A stretch of 62,881 nucleotides of DNA, filler included, from Octopus bimaculoides (Eukaryota): NCBI RefSeq assembly GCF_001194135.2. It is 5 parts of 4 records of this genome, joined end to end, with 100 filler letters (N's around TTAATTAATTAA, not from the genome) between each part and the next. Parts side by side here need not be neighbours in the genome. Positions count along the whole stretch, not along the records: positions 1 to 26,985 come from NC_068981.1; positions 27,086 to 37,191 come from NC_068985.1; 3 more parts are not named here. One strand, written 5' to 3'. Positions 24,979 to 35,804 of the stretch are shown here, piece by piece. The translations under genes were made by a program, and so were the position numbers. Under the pieces are notes generated by a model. The model was not told where the DNA came from and made no database searches. It was given only the letters and a program-made list of their open reading frames with translations. The stretch's first letter is position 1. Each line of letters opens with the position of its first letter.

Positions 24979-26130
24979 ATGTTTCGCACTAGTATTGTTC
25001 AAGTGTCCATTCGACTGTTTTGCACCAGAATAAACATGTGTTTATTGTCGATTCTTTGTAAAACAATGAGAATTCAAGAAACATCCACATTATACAATAA
25101 GTCGATCAGCTTAAATAGAAATCTGAAGTCCACAAGAATACGTTACAAACGAAGATTATGGCTTCTTTCAAGTCGAATCAAACTCCTAATCGTAGCTTCT
25201 ATCAAGGTCTCGTTGATGGTTATTAAAAGTCTGCCAGGGAACCGTATCCTGACGTGGCGCTCATCATGAGAAACTCTGAAGGTTGTTGTCGAAGAAACGG
25301 AGGACTGTACGAAATGGAAGAAACTCAAAACGGTTCCTCTCTCAGCTAATTCATGCATTGTGAATGTGAATAAACAACTTCTTCGAGCGACAGAGAAAAG
25401 TGATACAATTGCTTATGCAGTTGAGGTAAGTGAAGACAGTTCTCACATATCACGGTGCTGCATTTTTGTCCAAAGCATTAATAATGATTTCAAAGTGACA
25501 GAAGATTTGTTTAATTTGTATTCTTTGAAGGGGGAACCCAAAGAAGATATTTTGATATGTGCCATGGAATCCACCGGTTGTTGAACATTCCTGCTCAACG
25601 TATATTTTTCTTTACTACTGATAGGGTACATGCGATGGTTGATAACAGTGTAGAGTTTAAATTTCTCTTCAAGACTCGTCAAGGAACACGTGATAATGTA
25701 ATTAGTTATTACTGCATTATTCATCAGAAAAATTTAACGACTATTCGTTCCGTTATATTTGACGATGTCATGAAAGATGTGACTATTATTAATTACATCG
25801 CTGCACATACACTGCATTATCAAGAATTTCATAGCCTACTCAACGAATGCAGCACACAGTATGGTGAGCTACTGTACCACTCCCAAGTTAGATGGTTGTC
25901 AAAATGATCTGTGTTCGATCACTTTCTCCACTCCGTTCAGTTAATACATACATTCTTACCTGAACAAAAACATACCGGTAAGAATTAGTAGTATTTTCAT
26001 TAACGTGAACAACGGCCTTCCAGGTAGACACCGCTAGTCATCTTGAAAAGTTGGAGCTTCAAAAGAAAGACAAAACAATTTCAATTTACGGCTGACCACT
26101 CGTTTTGAAAGGCTTCAATATTTAAAAGAT
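24979..26130 (+). mobile_element. Decayed hAT transposase, GTF2IRD2/SPIN-like (Buster group)
   Basis: YAVEVSEDSSHISRCCIFVQSINNDFKVTEDLFNLYSLKG; TTDRVHAMV...YYCIIHQKNL...FHSLLNECSTQYGELLYHSQVRWLSK; frameshifts and stops, no TIRs seen. Confidence 0.8.
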
Positions 26131-26200
26131 AAATTTAAGTGGAAGGAGCAGGAGACCTTCGGAAAATTGTGTACGCCATTTACGTGGATTATACAACCAG

Positions 26201-26583
26201 AGGCGCAATGGCCCAGTGGTTAGGGCAGCGGATTCGCGGTCATAGGATCGCGGTTTCGATTCCCAGACCGGGCGTTGTGAGTGTTTATTGCGCGAAAACA
26301 CCTAAAGCTCCACGAGGCTCCGACAGGGGATGGTGGCGAACCCTGCTGTACTCTCTCACCACAACTTTCTCCCACTCTTACTTCCTGTTTCTGTTGTACC
26401 TGTATTTCAAAGGGCCAGCCTTGTCACACTGTGTCACGCTGAATATCCCCGAGAGCTACGTTAAGGTACACGTGTCTGTGGAGTGCTCAGCCACCTGTAC
26501 GTTAATTTCACGAGCAGGCTGTTCCGTTAATCGGATCAACTGGAACCCTCGACGTCGTAAGCGACGAAGTGCCAACAACAGCA
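26201..26583 (+). mobile_element. Full-length SINE family B with 8-9 bp TSD
   Basis: A-box tggcccagtgg, B-box ggtttcgattccc, 3' hairpin cgtcg-taag-cgacg, (caa)n tail; acaaccag(a) flanks both sides (26193-26201, 26584-26592). Confidence 0.95.
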
Positions 26584-26861
26584 ACAACCAGACGAACTTT
26601 GTCACATACCAACTTGTTCCTTTTTCGGAAGATATCATTCTCGGACCTCAGATGGATTTGACTGAAATGCTCTCGAATGTTGTTGATTTCTAACATCGTA
26701 TGCATTCTATCTTTATATTTTTGGAAGATCTTCATGAGACTCATCTTTGAGATGTAAAATAGAAAATTTCCTCCCTATTTGAGTATACATATTGTTCTGT
26801 GTCATCTTTTCAGTATTAAAAAACGAAAACAGTAACAAAAGAAACAGACTTACTTACCAAC

Positions 26862-26922
<61 letters not shown>

Positions 26923-26965
26923 GAGATAGATAGATAGATATAGATAAATAGATAGATAGATAGAT
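26862..26965. repeat. (AGAT)n microsatellite
   Basis: About 26 near-perfect units. Confidence 0.95.
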
Positions 26966-26985
26966 ATGTATACATTATCATTTAG

Positions 26986-27085
26986 NNNNNNNNNNNNNNN
27001 NNNNNNNNNNNNNNNNNNNNNNNNNNNNNTTAATTAATTAANNNNNNNNNNNNNNNNNNNNNNNNNNNNNNNNNNNNNNNNNNNN
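26986..27085. other. Artificial scaffold linker 44N-TTAATTAATTAA-44N
   Basis: Exactly 100 bp with a six-frame-stop dodecamer at 27030-27041; identical structure occurs four times. Confidence 0.95.
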
Positions 27086-27480
27086 CTACACCAGTCATTG
27101 GGTATGACTCCTTCGTGTATCACCTGGTTCGTAATACGGGTGACTAGGCTATAGCCAACACTGCCAGATATTTTGAGCATCTCTGCAGTGATTCATGATG
27201 GGCCGGGGGCTTTCCCTGTCTTCATACTCTTAATTGCTTTATCTACCCTGGTACTGTCAACTCGGATAGCTGGTCCCTCTGTTGGGTCGACATACGGCAG
27301 GCTCTCTTTCTCCCATTCATTCTCTTTATTAAGCAATTTATCGTAGTGGCATCTCCAGACCTCTTTCTTTGCAGCCTCATTTAGTGCAAGTGTACCATCA
27401 TCCATGCGAACACATTTCTCTCCTACAACATCACTATTCTCTCTCCTACACTGTCTTGCAACACGAATACCTGTCCTGTG
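27086..27480 (-). mobile_element. RTE-clade LINE fragment (pre-RT region)
   Basis: RVARQCRRENSDVVGEKCVRMDDG...VWRCHYDKLLNKENEWEKESLP...KAIKSMKTGKAPGPS*ITAEMLK...VIHEGVIPNDW. Confidence 0.9.
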
Positions 27481-28044
27481 GTGACTCATATATATAGAGA
27501 TATATATACATACATACATACATACATACATACATACATACAGACAGACAGACAGTCAGATAGAAAGATAGAGTTACCTTAGGGGAGGTGATAGCAATTT
27601 TTCACAGACATTTTATAGAGAAATTTGTTATCTGTAAAAACAGAAAAGAAGAGAAAGATAATCTCTAAATAAGCATTTATAATTTCCTAGCAACTAGTAT
27701 ATGCTCATATTTGCAATTGTATAATTGCCACCAAGTTGTTGTCTGCATGATATGAGCTGCCCCCAACCCAGTGTGTACATAAACAAGCTTTAAATATCAC
27801 ACCATTAGTCTTATATGCATTCGGAATGAGAAAATTCAAAATGTGACTCGCAAGAATTTAGGTTTGAATAAATATTTAGTCTGCTTTCTTTTGTTTTTAT
27901 CCTGGAGGATAAGTGAAGGTTACTGGCACAACCCCATCCACGAGAAAGAAAAAAGAAGATGAATTTGCATCGTCCCACTGTGGCATTTCTTAACTGTAGG
28001 GATTGTTTTATTAATCAGGGTGTTTCCACATGTAGAGCTGCTAC

Positions 28045-28310
28045 TTCTTCACATTGAGATGTCACAGTTCCAGTCCTATGAACATATGATCAGACTGTTG
28101 CAGGAAAGAACCACAAGGAATTCTTCAAAGCAAGCCAACCAACAGGAGATCTATGGGAAGACTAAGAACGAGTTGGTTGAGTAATAACCATAGAATCAGT
28201 CAATCATGTTTAGGAACCCAGCTGGAAAGTCTAACGACGGTTGCTACTGCTTGAAACTTATGGAGAAGGTGCCTAAGGACTCTTCTTTTGCGACCCTTGG
28301 ATGGATATTA
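28045..28310 (+). mobile_element. Decayed RTE (Rex3/Expander-like) 3' end
   Basis: KPTNRRSMGRLRTSWLS...CLGTQLESLTTVA..*NLWRRCLRTL resembles PTGRRPRGRPRTRW...RLGIPPEEL..VA.....W..LL.LL. Confidence 0.5.
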
Positions 28311-28325
28311 TTACACAGTAATATT

Positions 28326-28490
28326 AGTTTCAAATTTTGGCACAAGGCCAGTAGTTTTCAAAGGGCAAGGAGTTGACTACAACGATTCCTTGACTTGTGC
28401 TTATTTAATTGACCCTGAATGGGTGAAAGGCAAGATGACCGCAGCAGAATTCGGACTCAGAATGTAAGGATGGACAAAGTGTCACCAACC
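28326..28490 (-). mobile_element. SINE family A (diverged)
   Basis: gtttcaaattttggcacaaggcc...gaaaggcaag...gaattcggactcagaatgtaa. Confidence 0.75.
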
Positions 28491-28557
28491 ATTTAATCTG
28501 GTTTGCTTACAATAATAGGCAGTAATATTACATAGATACATACAGACAACATGCATG

Positions 28558-28668
28558 GAAGAAGAAGAAGAAGAAGAAGAAGAAGAAGAAGAAGAAGAAG
28601 AAGAAGAAGAAGAAGAAGAAGAAGAAGAAGAAGAAGAAGAAGAAGAAGAAGAAGAAGAAGAAGAAGAA
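28558..28668. repeat. (GAA)~37 trinucleotide tract
   Basis: Perfect GAA run of ~111 bp followed by a purine-rich tract. Confidence 0.95.
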
Positions 28669-28832
28669 AAAGAAGAAGAAAGAGGTGGATGGGGAGGAGG
28701 AGGAGGAGAAGAAGAAGAGTAGCAGGAGGTAAATGACAGAGAGAAGTAACAGCAGGAGCTGGAACAACAAGAACAAGAGCTGAATAAGAAACAGCCAAGA
28801 ATAAACAGAAATAATATTTAAAATAATACCAA

Positions 28833-29039
28833 GATGGCAGAACTGTTAGCAGGCCGAGCGAAATTCCTAGTGATATTTCATCCGTCTTTACATCTTGAAT
28901 TCAAATTCTGTTGCGGTCGACTTTGCCTATCATGCTTTTGGTGTCAATAAACTAAGTACCAATTGAACACTGGGGTCAATTTAATCAACATAGCCCCTTC
29001 CCAAAGCAGCTGGTCATTGGCCAAAATTTGGAACCAATC
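28833..29039 (+). mobile_element. SINE family A (diverged)
   Basis: tggcagaactgttagc...gaattcaaattc...gactttgcctatcat...aagtaccaattgaacactggggtcaat...gccaaaatttggaaccaat. Confidence 0.8.
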
Positions 29040-29177
29040 GTTTAAAATAAGAGTCCTCAGAGAGCGGAAACCTCTGCCAAGGCAACACCAATGTCCTCTC
29101 AACGATTAGCCAGAGATGATTTTTAAAATGAGAATACCTGAAATAAACTCGACTGCTCTCACAAACAAGAATAGTTA

Positions 29178-29432
29178 ATGGGTTTGTAAGATGGAAACCG
29201 AAAGAAGCTCATCGTATGTGTATGTGTATGAGTGTGTGTGCATGCCTGTGTTTGTCCACCACCACTATTTGACAACCGGAGTATATGTCCCCATAACTTA
29301 GCAGTTTGGCAAAAGAGACTGATAGAATAATTGCCAAGCTTTAGAGAAAGATAAGTGCTGGGGGTCGATTCATTCAACTAAAAGTTCCTCAATGTGGTGT
29401 CCCAGTGTGGCTGAAGTCTAATGACTGAGTAC
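29178..29432 (+). mobile_element. Composite SINE F-G, 5'-truncated
   Basis: ggaaaccgaaagaagctc-(TG)n-tttgtccaccacc...aacttagcagtttggcaaaagagactgatagaataa...ggggtcgattc. Confidence 0.75.
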
Positions 29433-29707
29433 AAAAAAAAAAAAGAAAAGGAAAAAGAAAGCAAGAACTCTCTAAACAAGATGGACCTGACAAGAACTGG
29501 AATTTCATTGGACTATTAGAACCATGAAAACGCAAGATACAAAAAAAGTTTCAGTCAACAACAACAAGAACAACAACACACAAACAAACCAATAAGTGTG
29601 TCAAATGTATACTCCTCATCTTCAGCTGCCAATGGATATCATTATGGTTTCAACAACTACTCAATACCATTCAATCCGGCGGTATCAACAGCATCGAAAG
29701 CATATAC

Positions 29708-30056
29708 ATTGCCTGTGTTTATATGCTTATTATGTTACAAAACAGAAATACAAACATCAAATCTCTGACATAAATTGTCACATAACTATAGCAACGATGC
29801 ATAGAAATTAAAAAGGTAAAATATAGAAAACAGAGAAATATTATCAAAACGACCATGGCTAACTGAAAACTGAAGAACTTACAAGCCATGACACATTAAA
29901 ACGAACTAGCGAACTAGACATATTGAACAGAAGTTATTGAACATAGTTGAAAACACACATTGCAAATACATAAAACGGAAGATAATAATGACCTAGAACT
30001 GTAATCATGTAGATGAATTGAAGAACGTAAACCAATACATATGTATTCATAAAACA
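29708..30056 (+). repeat. Left arm of a 349-bp, ~99% identical inverted repeat (partner 34069-34417)
   Basis: Read-through comparison found 2 substitutions (ctga/ctaa and gtaaacc/gtaagcc); the sequence is AT-rich and otherwise unique in the window. Confidence 0.9.
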
Positions 30057-30333
30057 TACTTAATGCACAGAAATATAATAAAAATGAATGAAACACAAAC
30101 TAGCAGAATAATATATCACATTAGCTATCAGGCTTCAGTTGTTTCAAAACATCAGAGCAAAGCTATGCAGACCAATATGTATTGAATATAAAAACATATA
30201 GATCTTAATTAAAGAAAATACATTTAAACGAGTATTTCCATCTAAAAAAGAAACACATCAATAATATAAAATTGACGAAAATACACATCATAATGAAAAT
30301 ACTTTATACATGAAACACATACACACACACATA

Positions 30334-30364
<31 letters not shown>

Positions 30365-31386
30365 NNNNNNNNNNTCTCATAATTGTTTTGCTAATCCAGT
30401 AACAACAATACAAAGTATGTAGCCTTTAAAATGCATTTTATGCATTTACAGAGAATAGCGAACTGTCTTACACAGGATGTTGTTTTTAGGAATTCCCAAT
30501 AAGTTATAAATACCCAAATTATGAAGTCAGTTATGTAATAACATGAAATGAGTTACCCAATAGTAAGAATTCAAATAAAGTAGCCACGAATAGGGCTTTA
30601 ATGCATTCTCAGAGTATATAGAACTTAGGAGGAAATACTAATAAGGTATGTATATTAAATCGTGAAGCATGTTACGTTATAACAGGCTAATCAGATATGG
30701 GATAATAACAATTCAAAGTAAATAACTCTGAAAAGGGGTTTTGTGTGTTCCCAGAGAATATTACCCTCAGTGGAACTAGTGTTGGTATATTCGTGAATAA
30801 GTCACTAACCGAAATAAGTGGATCTATTGTTTAGGAAAATATTATTTACTTGTTTAAGGGTTCTACTGGATAAATTGCAAAAATAACTAACAGTTCAAAT
30901 ACTAAGAAATAAGCATACTCAATTTGATTTATACCAAATGATTTAGGAAAATGAATGGGTTATTTCCCTTGGCTGTTAAAATGAAATATATTAGATATAT
31001 GTAAAGATCCATTCCAGTGGCTCTATTATCGATTTTTTTCAACAATCTGAGTATGCCATGAGGTTTCCAGAGTTCTACTCGTGTGTCAAATTTCATCAAA
31101 GTCAATAANNNNNNNNNNNNNNNNNNNNNNNNNNNNNNNNNNNNNNNNNNNNNNNNNNNNNNNNNNNNNNNNNNNNNNNNNNNNNNNNNNNNNNNNNNNN
31201 NNNNNNNNNNNNNNNNNNNNNNNNNNNNNNNNNNNNNNNNNNNNNNNNNNNNNNNNNNNNNNNNNNNNNNNNNNNNNNNNNNNNNNNNNNNNNNNNNNNN
31301 NNNNNNNNNNNNNNNNNNNNNNNNNNNNNNNNNNNNNNNNNNNNNNNNNNNNNNNNNNNNNNNNNNNNNNNNNNNNNNNNNNNNNC

Positions 31387-31504
31387 AAAATGGACCGATA
31401 GAATAAGTTCTAGGCTTACAAAGAATAAGTCCTGGGGTCGATTTGTTCAGCTAAAGGCGGTGCTCCAGCATGGCCGCAGTCAAATGACTGAAACAAGTAA
31501 AAGA
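31387..31504 (+). mobile_element. Module G 3' part (SINE F-G), 5' end in gap
   Basis: gaccgatagaataagttctaggcttacaaagaataagtcctggggtcg...ccagcatggccgcagtcaaatgactgaaacaagtaaaaga. Confidence 0.85.
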
Positions 31505-31574
31505 CTAATAGAATAGGCAAATCCATGAACAAAAACAAAACAAAAAAGCAGGAAAAACAAGAAAATTCTTTTAT

Positions 31575-31860
31575 TCTTTTACTTGTTTCAGTCATTTGAC
31601 CGTGGCCATGCTGGAGTACCACTGTTTAGTTGAAATTGACTCCAGGACTTATTCTTTGCAAACCTAGTACTTATTATATCAGTCTCTTTTGCCAAACCGC
31701 TAAGTTATGGTGACGTAAACACACCAACATCAGTTTCAAGTGATGGTAGGGGGAGAAACACAGACATATATATACACACACACACATATATACGACGGGC
31801 TTCTTTCAGTTTCCGTCTACCAAATTCACTCACAAGGCTTTGGTCGGCCCAAGGCTATAT
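31575..31860 (-). mobile_element. Composite SINE F-G (head lost)
   Basis: Reverse complement of module G plus gacgggcttctttcagtttccgtctacc...ggtcggccc. Confidence 0.85.
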
Positions 31861-32457
31861 AGTCTTGAAAACATTGCCCATGGGCGAATTATATGACTAT
31901 CACTTGACAACCGATGTATATACCGATGTATATAGTCAATCCAACACTATATACATAATACATAATATTATGTATATTCTAATACATGATATTATGTATT
32001 TGCGCATGCTTGTTTATGAGCTGTTGCTTTTGTGTATGTGTGCGCGTATGTCTGTGCGTGTGCGTGCGTGTCACTAGAAACGAGAACCTCGGAGTAACAA
32101 TCTATTTGTGACGTTTTCTGCTCCTGATGCGCGCAGTATTGTGTGAAAAAGTCAGACATGCGTTAAAATAAATATTTTGATGTCTGTGAAAGAAAGACGA
32201 GCGTGTTAAGAAGGCAAAAACATAAACAATAATTAGTAGTAATAATAAAATCGACAAACCGATAAAGAGTTAACACACATCTGATGTCGCTAACAGAGAT
32301 AATGTATGTTTGCGTTATTAGCGACAACAGATACATACAATCACTACGATAGGTGTATTACTACGATAATGATTATCTTTGTGCATCTATCTGTCTGTCT
32401 CTCTCTCTCTAATACATATATATATATATATGTTATATATATATGCGTGTGTGTATG

Positions 32458-32495
<38 letters not shown>

Positions 32496-32785
32496 ACCGG
32501 CTCCACTTCCCGCTCAGTCACTAAACATGCGCATGCGCTCCCTTACAAAGCAATATGTTTTTCCACGTATTTTGCATAACACGACACAATGAAGTAGAGA
32601 AATTTGAAAAGACAACACGAAACCGGTTATTTCTCAAAATACAATGTTTATATACCAAAAAGATTTTATAACATTTTTCTAACATTTTTCTGACATAATT
32701 TAAATATATACTTTAACCATGTAACACAAGCCTTCTGTAGTTTTTTCACTCTTATTATCTTTTATATATATATATATACACATAC

Positions 32786-33028
32786 GCCTTGTGAGTAGAT
32801 TTGGTAGACGGAAACTGAAAGAAGCCCGTTGAATATATGTGTGTGTTAGTCCCCTAACATCGCTTGACAACCGATGTTGATGGGTTTACGTCCCCGTAAC
32901 GTAGCGGTTCGGCAAAAAGTTGGCGATAGAATAAGTACTAGGCTCATAAAGAATAAGTCCTGGTTCACTTGTTCGACTAAAAGCGATGCTCCAGCATGGC
33001 CGTAGTCAAATGACTGAAATAAGTAAAG
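32786..33028 (+). mobile_element. Composite SINE F-G (5'-truncated)
   Basis: gccttgtgagtagatttggtagacggaaactgaaagaagcccg...catcgcttgacaaccgatg...ctccagcatggc. Confidence 0.85.
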
Positions 33029-33067
33029 GAATATAAGAAAATGCATGTAAGGTATATTATACACATC

Positions 33068-33168
33068 TGGCTCAGTGGTTAGAGCGTCGAGCTTACGATC
33101 GTGAGGTTGCGAGTTCGAATCCCGGACCGAGTTGCGCGTTGTGTTCTTGAGCAAGACACTTTATTTCA
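33068..33168 (+). mobile_element. SINE family C-like head and CORE-like fragment
   Basis: tggctcagtggttagagcg...gagttcgaatccc...gttgtgttcttgagcaagacactttatttca; clean A and B boxes. Confidence 0.8.
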
Positions 33169-33393
33169 GACTTGTACCCCGGAGGAGAACCTCTTAGGTG
33201 CATCCATGATCATTCGTGACAGACGGAGGAGTCGAGATTATATACACACACACATATACATACATATATATTAATAGATACGTAAAATATATAAGGTAGC
33301 GAGTTTTTTTAGAAATTTCAATACCAGTGGCCTAGCATGTATAAAAAAAAAGTCAATAGACAACAAATTCTCAGTATAAAATAGGGTACATTT

Positions 33394-33613
33394 AAACACA
33401 AGAAAAAACTGCCTTCAACAAGCAGTTTTTACACGCTAGAAGGAATAGTCAAAACGACCAAAACCACATTTAAGAGCAATCTTCAAAAGGAATGAAAAAT
33501 AAAAACTTTTACCTTTTTTATTTTTGAAGATTGCTCTTAAATGTGGTTTTGGTCGTTTTGACTACTTCTAGCGTGTAAAAACTGCTTGTTGAAGGCAGTT
33601 TTCTCTTGTGTTT
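33394..33613. repeat. Fold-back hairpin: 95/92-bp arms, 33-nt loop
   Basis: 33394-33488 is the reverse complement of 33522-33613 with 1 substitution and a 3-bp indel. Confidence 0.95.
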
Positions 33614-34068
33614 TATATAATAGATACAAAGGTTCAAATCCGGCAGACTACGATCAATACATTACATCTACGGGTTTAAGATAAAATAAGAATTGTCCAA
33701 TCTGAAACATATAATGGATATATTAGAAATATACATACATGGAACAAGGCACACACTCTTTATTCACAAAACAGAGCAACATGTGATTAGATACCATGTA
33801 ACAATTGATGAAAAAGGAATGCCGCATTGTCTTTTGATCTTTTAGGATCGCTGGTATTCACATTCAATCATCTCGCACATGTACCATACACACTCTTCAT
33901 TCACAGTACAGGCCAGACAAAATGGGCTGAATCAACATATGATTAAGTAACGTGTAACAATTGATGAAAAGGCAGACGGCATTTGAGTTCGCTGTTGTTC
34001 GGGTGTGGAGGTCTGATCTGTGGTCTAACATCATCTGTACGAGTATTTACGTGGGACCAGTAACTAAG

Positions 34069-34417
34069 TGTTTTATGAATACATATGTATTGGCTTACGT
34101 TCTTCAATTCATCTACATGATTACAGTTCTAGGTCATTATTATCTTCCGTTTTATGTATTTGCAATGTGTGTTTTCAACTATGTTCAATAACTTCTGTTC
34201 AATATGTCTAGTTCGCTAGTTCGTTTTAATGTGTCATGGCTTGTAAGTTCTTCAGTTTTCAGTTAGCCATGGTCGTTTTGATAATATTTCTCTGTTTTCT
34301 ATATTTTACCTTTTTAATTTCTATGCATCGTTGCTATAGTTATGTGACAATTTATGTTAGAGATTTGATGTTTGTATTTCTGTTTTGTAACATAATAAGC
34401 ATATAAACACAGGCAAT
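34069..34417 (-). repeat. Right arm of the 349-bp inverted repeat (outer end hidden by gap)
   Basis: Reverse complement of 29708-30056; ends at the N-run starting 34418. Confidence 0.9.
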
Positions 34418-34882
34418 NNNNNNNNNNNNNNNNNNNNNNNNNNNNNNNNNNNNNNNNNNNNNNNNNNNNNNNNNNNNNNNNNNNNNNNNNNNNNNNNNNN
34501 NNNNNNNNNNNNNNNNNNNNNNNNNNNNNNNNNNNNNNNNNNNNNNNNNNNNNNNNNNNNNNNNNNNNNNNNNNNNNNNNNNNNNNNNNNNNNNNNNNNN
34601 NNNNNNNNNNNNNNNNNNNNNNNNNNNNNNNNNNNNNNNNNNNNNNNNNNNNNNNNNNNNNNNNNNNNNNNNNNNNNNNNNNNNNNNNNNNNNNNNNNNN
34701 NNNNNNNNNNNNNNNNNNNNNNNNNNNNNNNNNNNNNNNNNNNNNNNNNNNNNNNNNNNNNNNNNNNNNNNNNNNNNNNNNNNNNNNNNNNNNNNNNNNN
34801 NNNNNNNNNNNNNNNNNNNNNNNNNNNNNNNNNNNNNNNNNNNNNNNNNNNNNNNNNNNNNNNNNNNNNNNNNNNNNNNNNN

Positions 34883-34930
<48 letters not shown>

Positions 34931-35097
34931 GTTCAGTAGTTTTATTTTTATGACGTGCTTTCATTTCACTACCGAGCGCAGCTCTGTGTGCCTTGGGTAT
35001 ATGCTGTGGTTTGCTGTGATGCTCTTATGGTTACTGTATTGAAAGTGTTTTGCGTAGGATGTGTGCAGTGCCCAGTAGTGCAATTTTCTGTATGTTA
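34931..35097 (-). mobile_element. Severely 5'-truncated R4/Dong-like LINE 3' end within (TAA)n
   Basis: NIQKIALLGTAHILRKTLSIQ* (stop 35031-35033) plus a 100-bp 3' UTR; (ATT)n arrays on both sides. Confidence 0.75.
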
Positions 35098-35139
<42 letters not shown>

Positions 35140-35804
35140 AGTTGACAAAATTCCGTTGCCTGATTCTGACACCACTGAATTGTGAATTATTACAACTGAA
35201 TCAAGATACTCAATTGGTCGATCAATATCTTCAGTTAACTGATAAATATCTCAAGAAAAATAATTCTTGGAGTCATATCTTCATTATGAATGACCCTTTT
35301 CAACAATTGCCATACCAGTGTCCAGCCTTCCACATTCACCCTTTTCTTTAATATATATATTTCTGATTAAGGAAAAAAAAATCTTTCAGTCATATTTTTA
35401 TTTGTGATTTTTACTGGCAACACCCCCGTTGGTTTTCTGGTGTCAAATATCGAGTTTTACTCTTCATACATCGGAGAATGTTTCTTGCAGTTGATACTTT
35501 GAAGGTAAATGAAAGCCCTACCTTTTCTTTTAATATACACAAATATATAACCTTCCCCTTTACCAGTTCTTGGGATATAGTCTTCAGGTTATATCCGATG
35601 CATAAGCTTGATCATATCCAATTTCTCTCTGTTCGTTTAGCAACACCAGTAAAACTGTCATTTTCGAAAGTTCACTTACCCTCGTTTATCACGAGTGTTT
35701 GGTTAGAAAAACAAAATATCCTGTTAAATGACTCGGTGATAAATGAATAACAGAACATATAGGGAAAACAGATTTCGTTCTCAGACTTCAAGTTTTTCTC
35801 CAAC

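Noticed and set aside
29520-29768. 82-codon open frame with a Q/S-rich stretch (SQQQQEQQH...SSSSAANGYHYGFNNY)
   Set aside because: No ATG, no polypyrimidine acceptor, the poly-Q comes from a (CAA)n run, and no family is recognised.
32505-32540. NRF1-like tgcgcatgcgc palindrome with a neighbouring ttcccgc
   Set aside because: Single short motifs beside a microsatellite with no other promoter support.
33068-33135. tRNA-like sequences with clean A and B boxes (also 26201, 48247, 51430)
   Set aside because: They lack a complete acceptor stem and continue into SINE bodies, so they are SINE heads, not tRNA genes.
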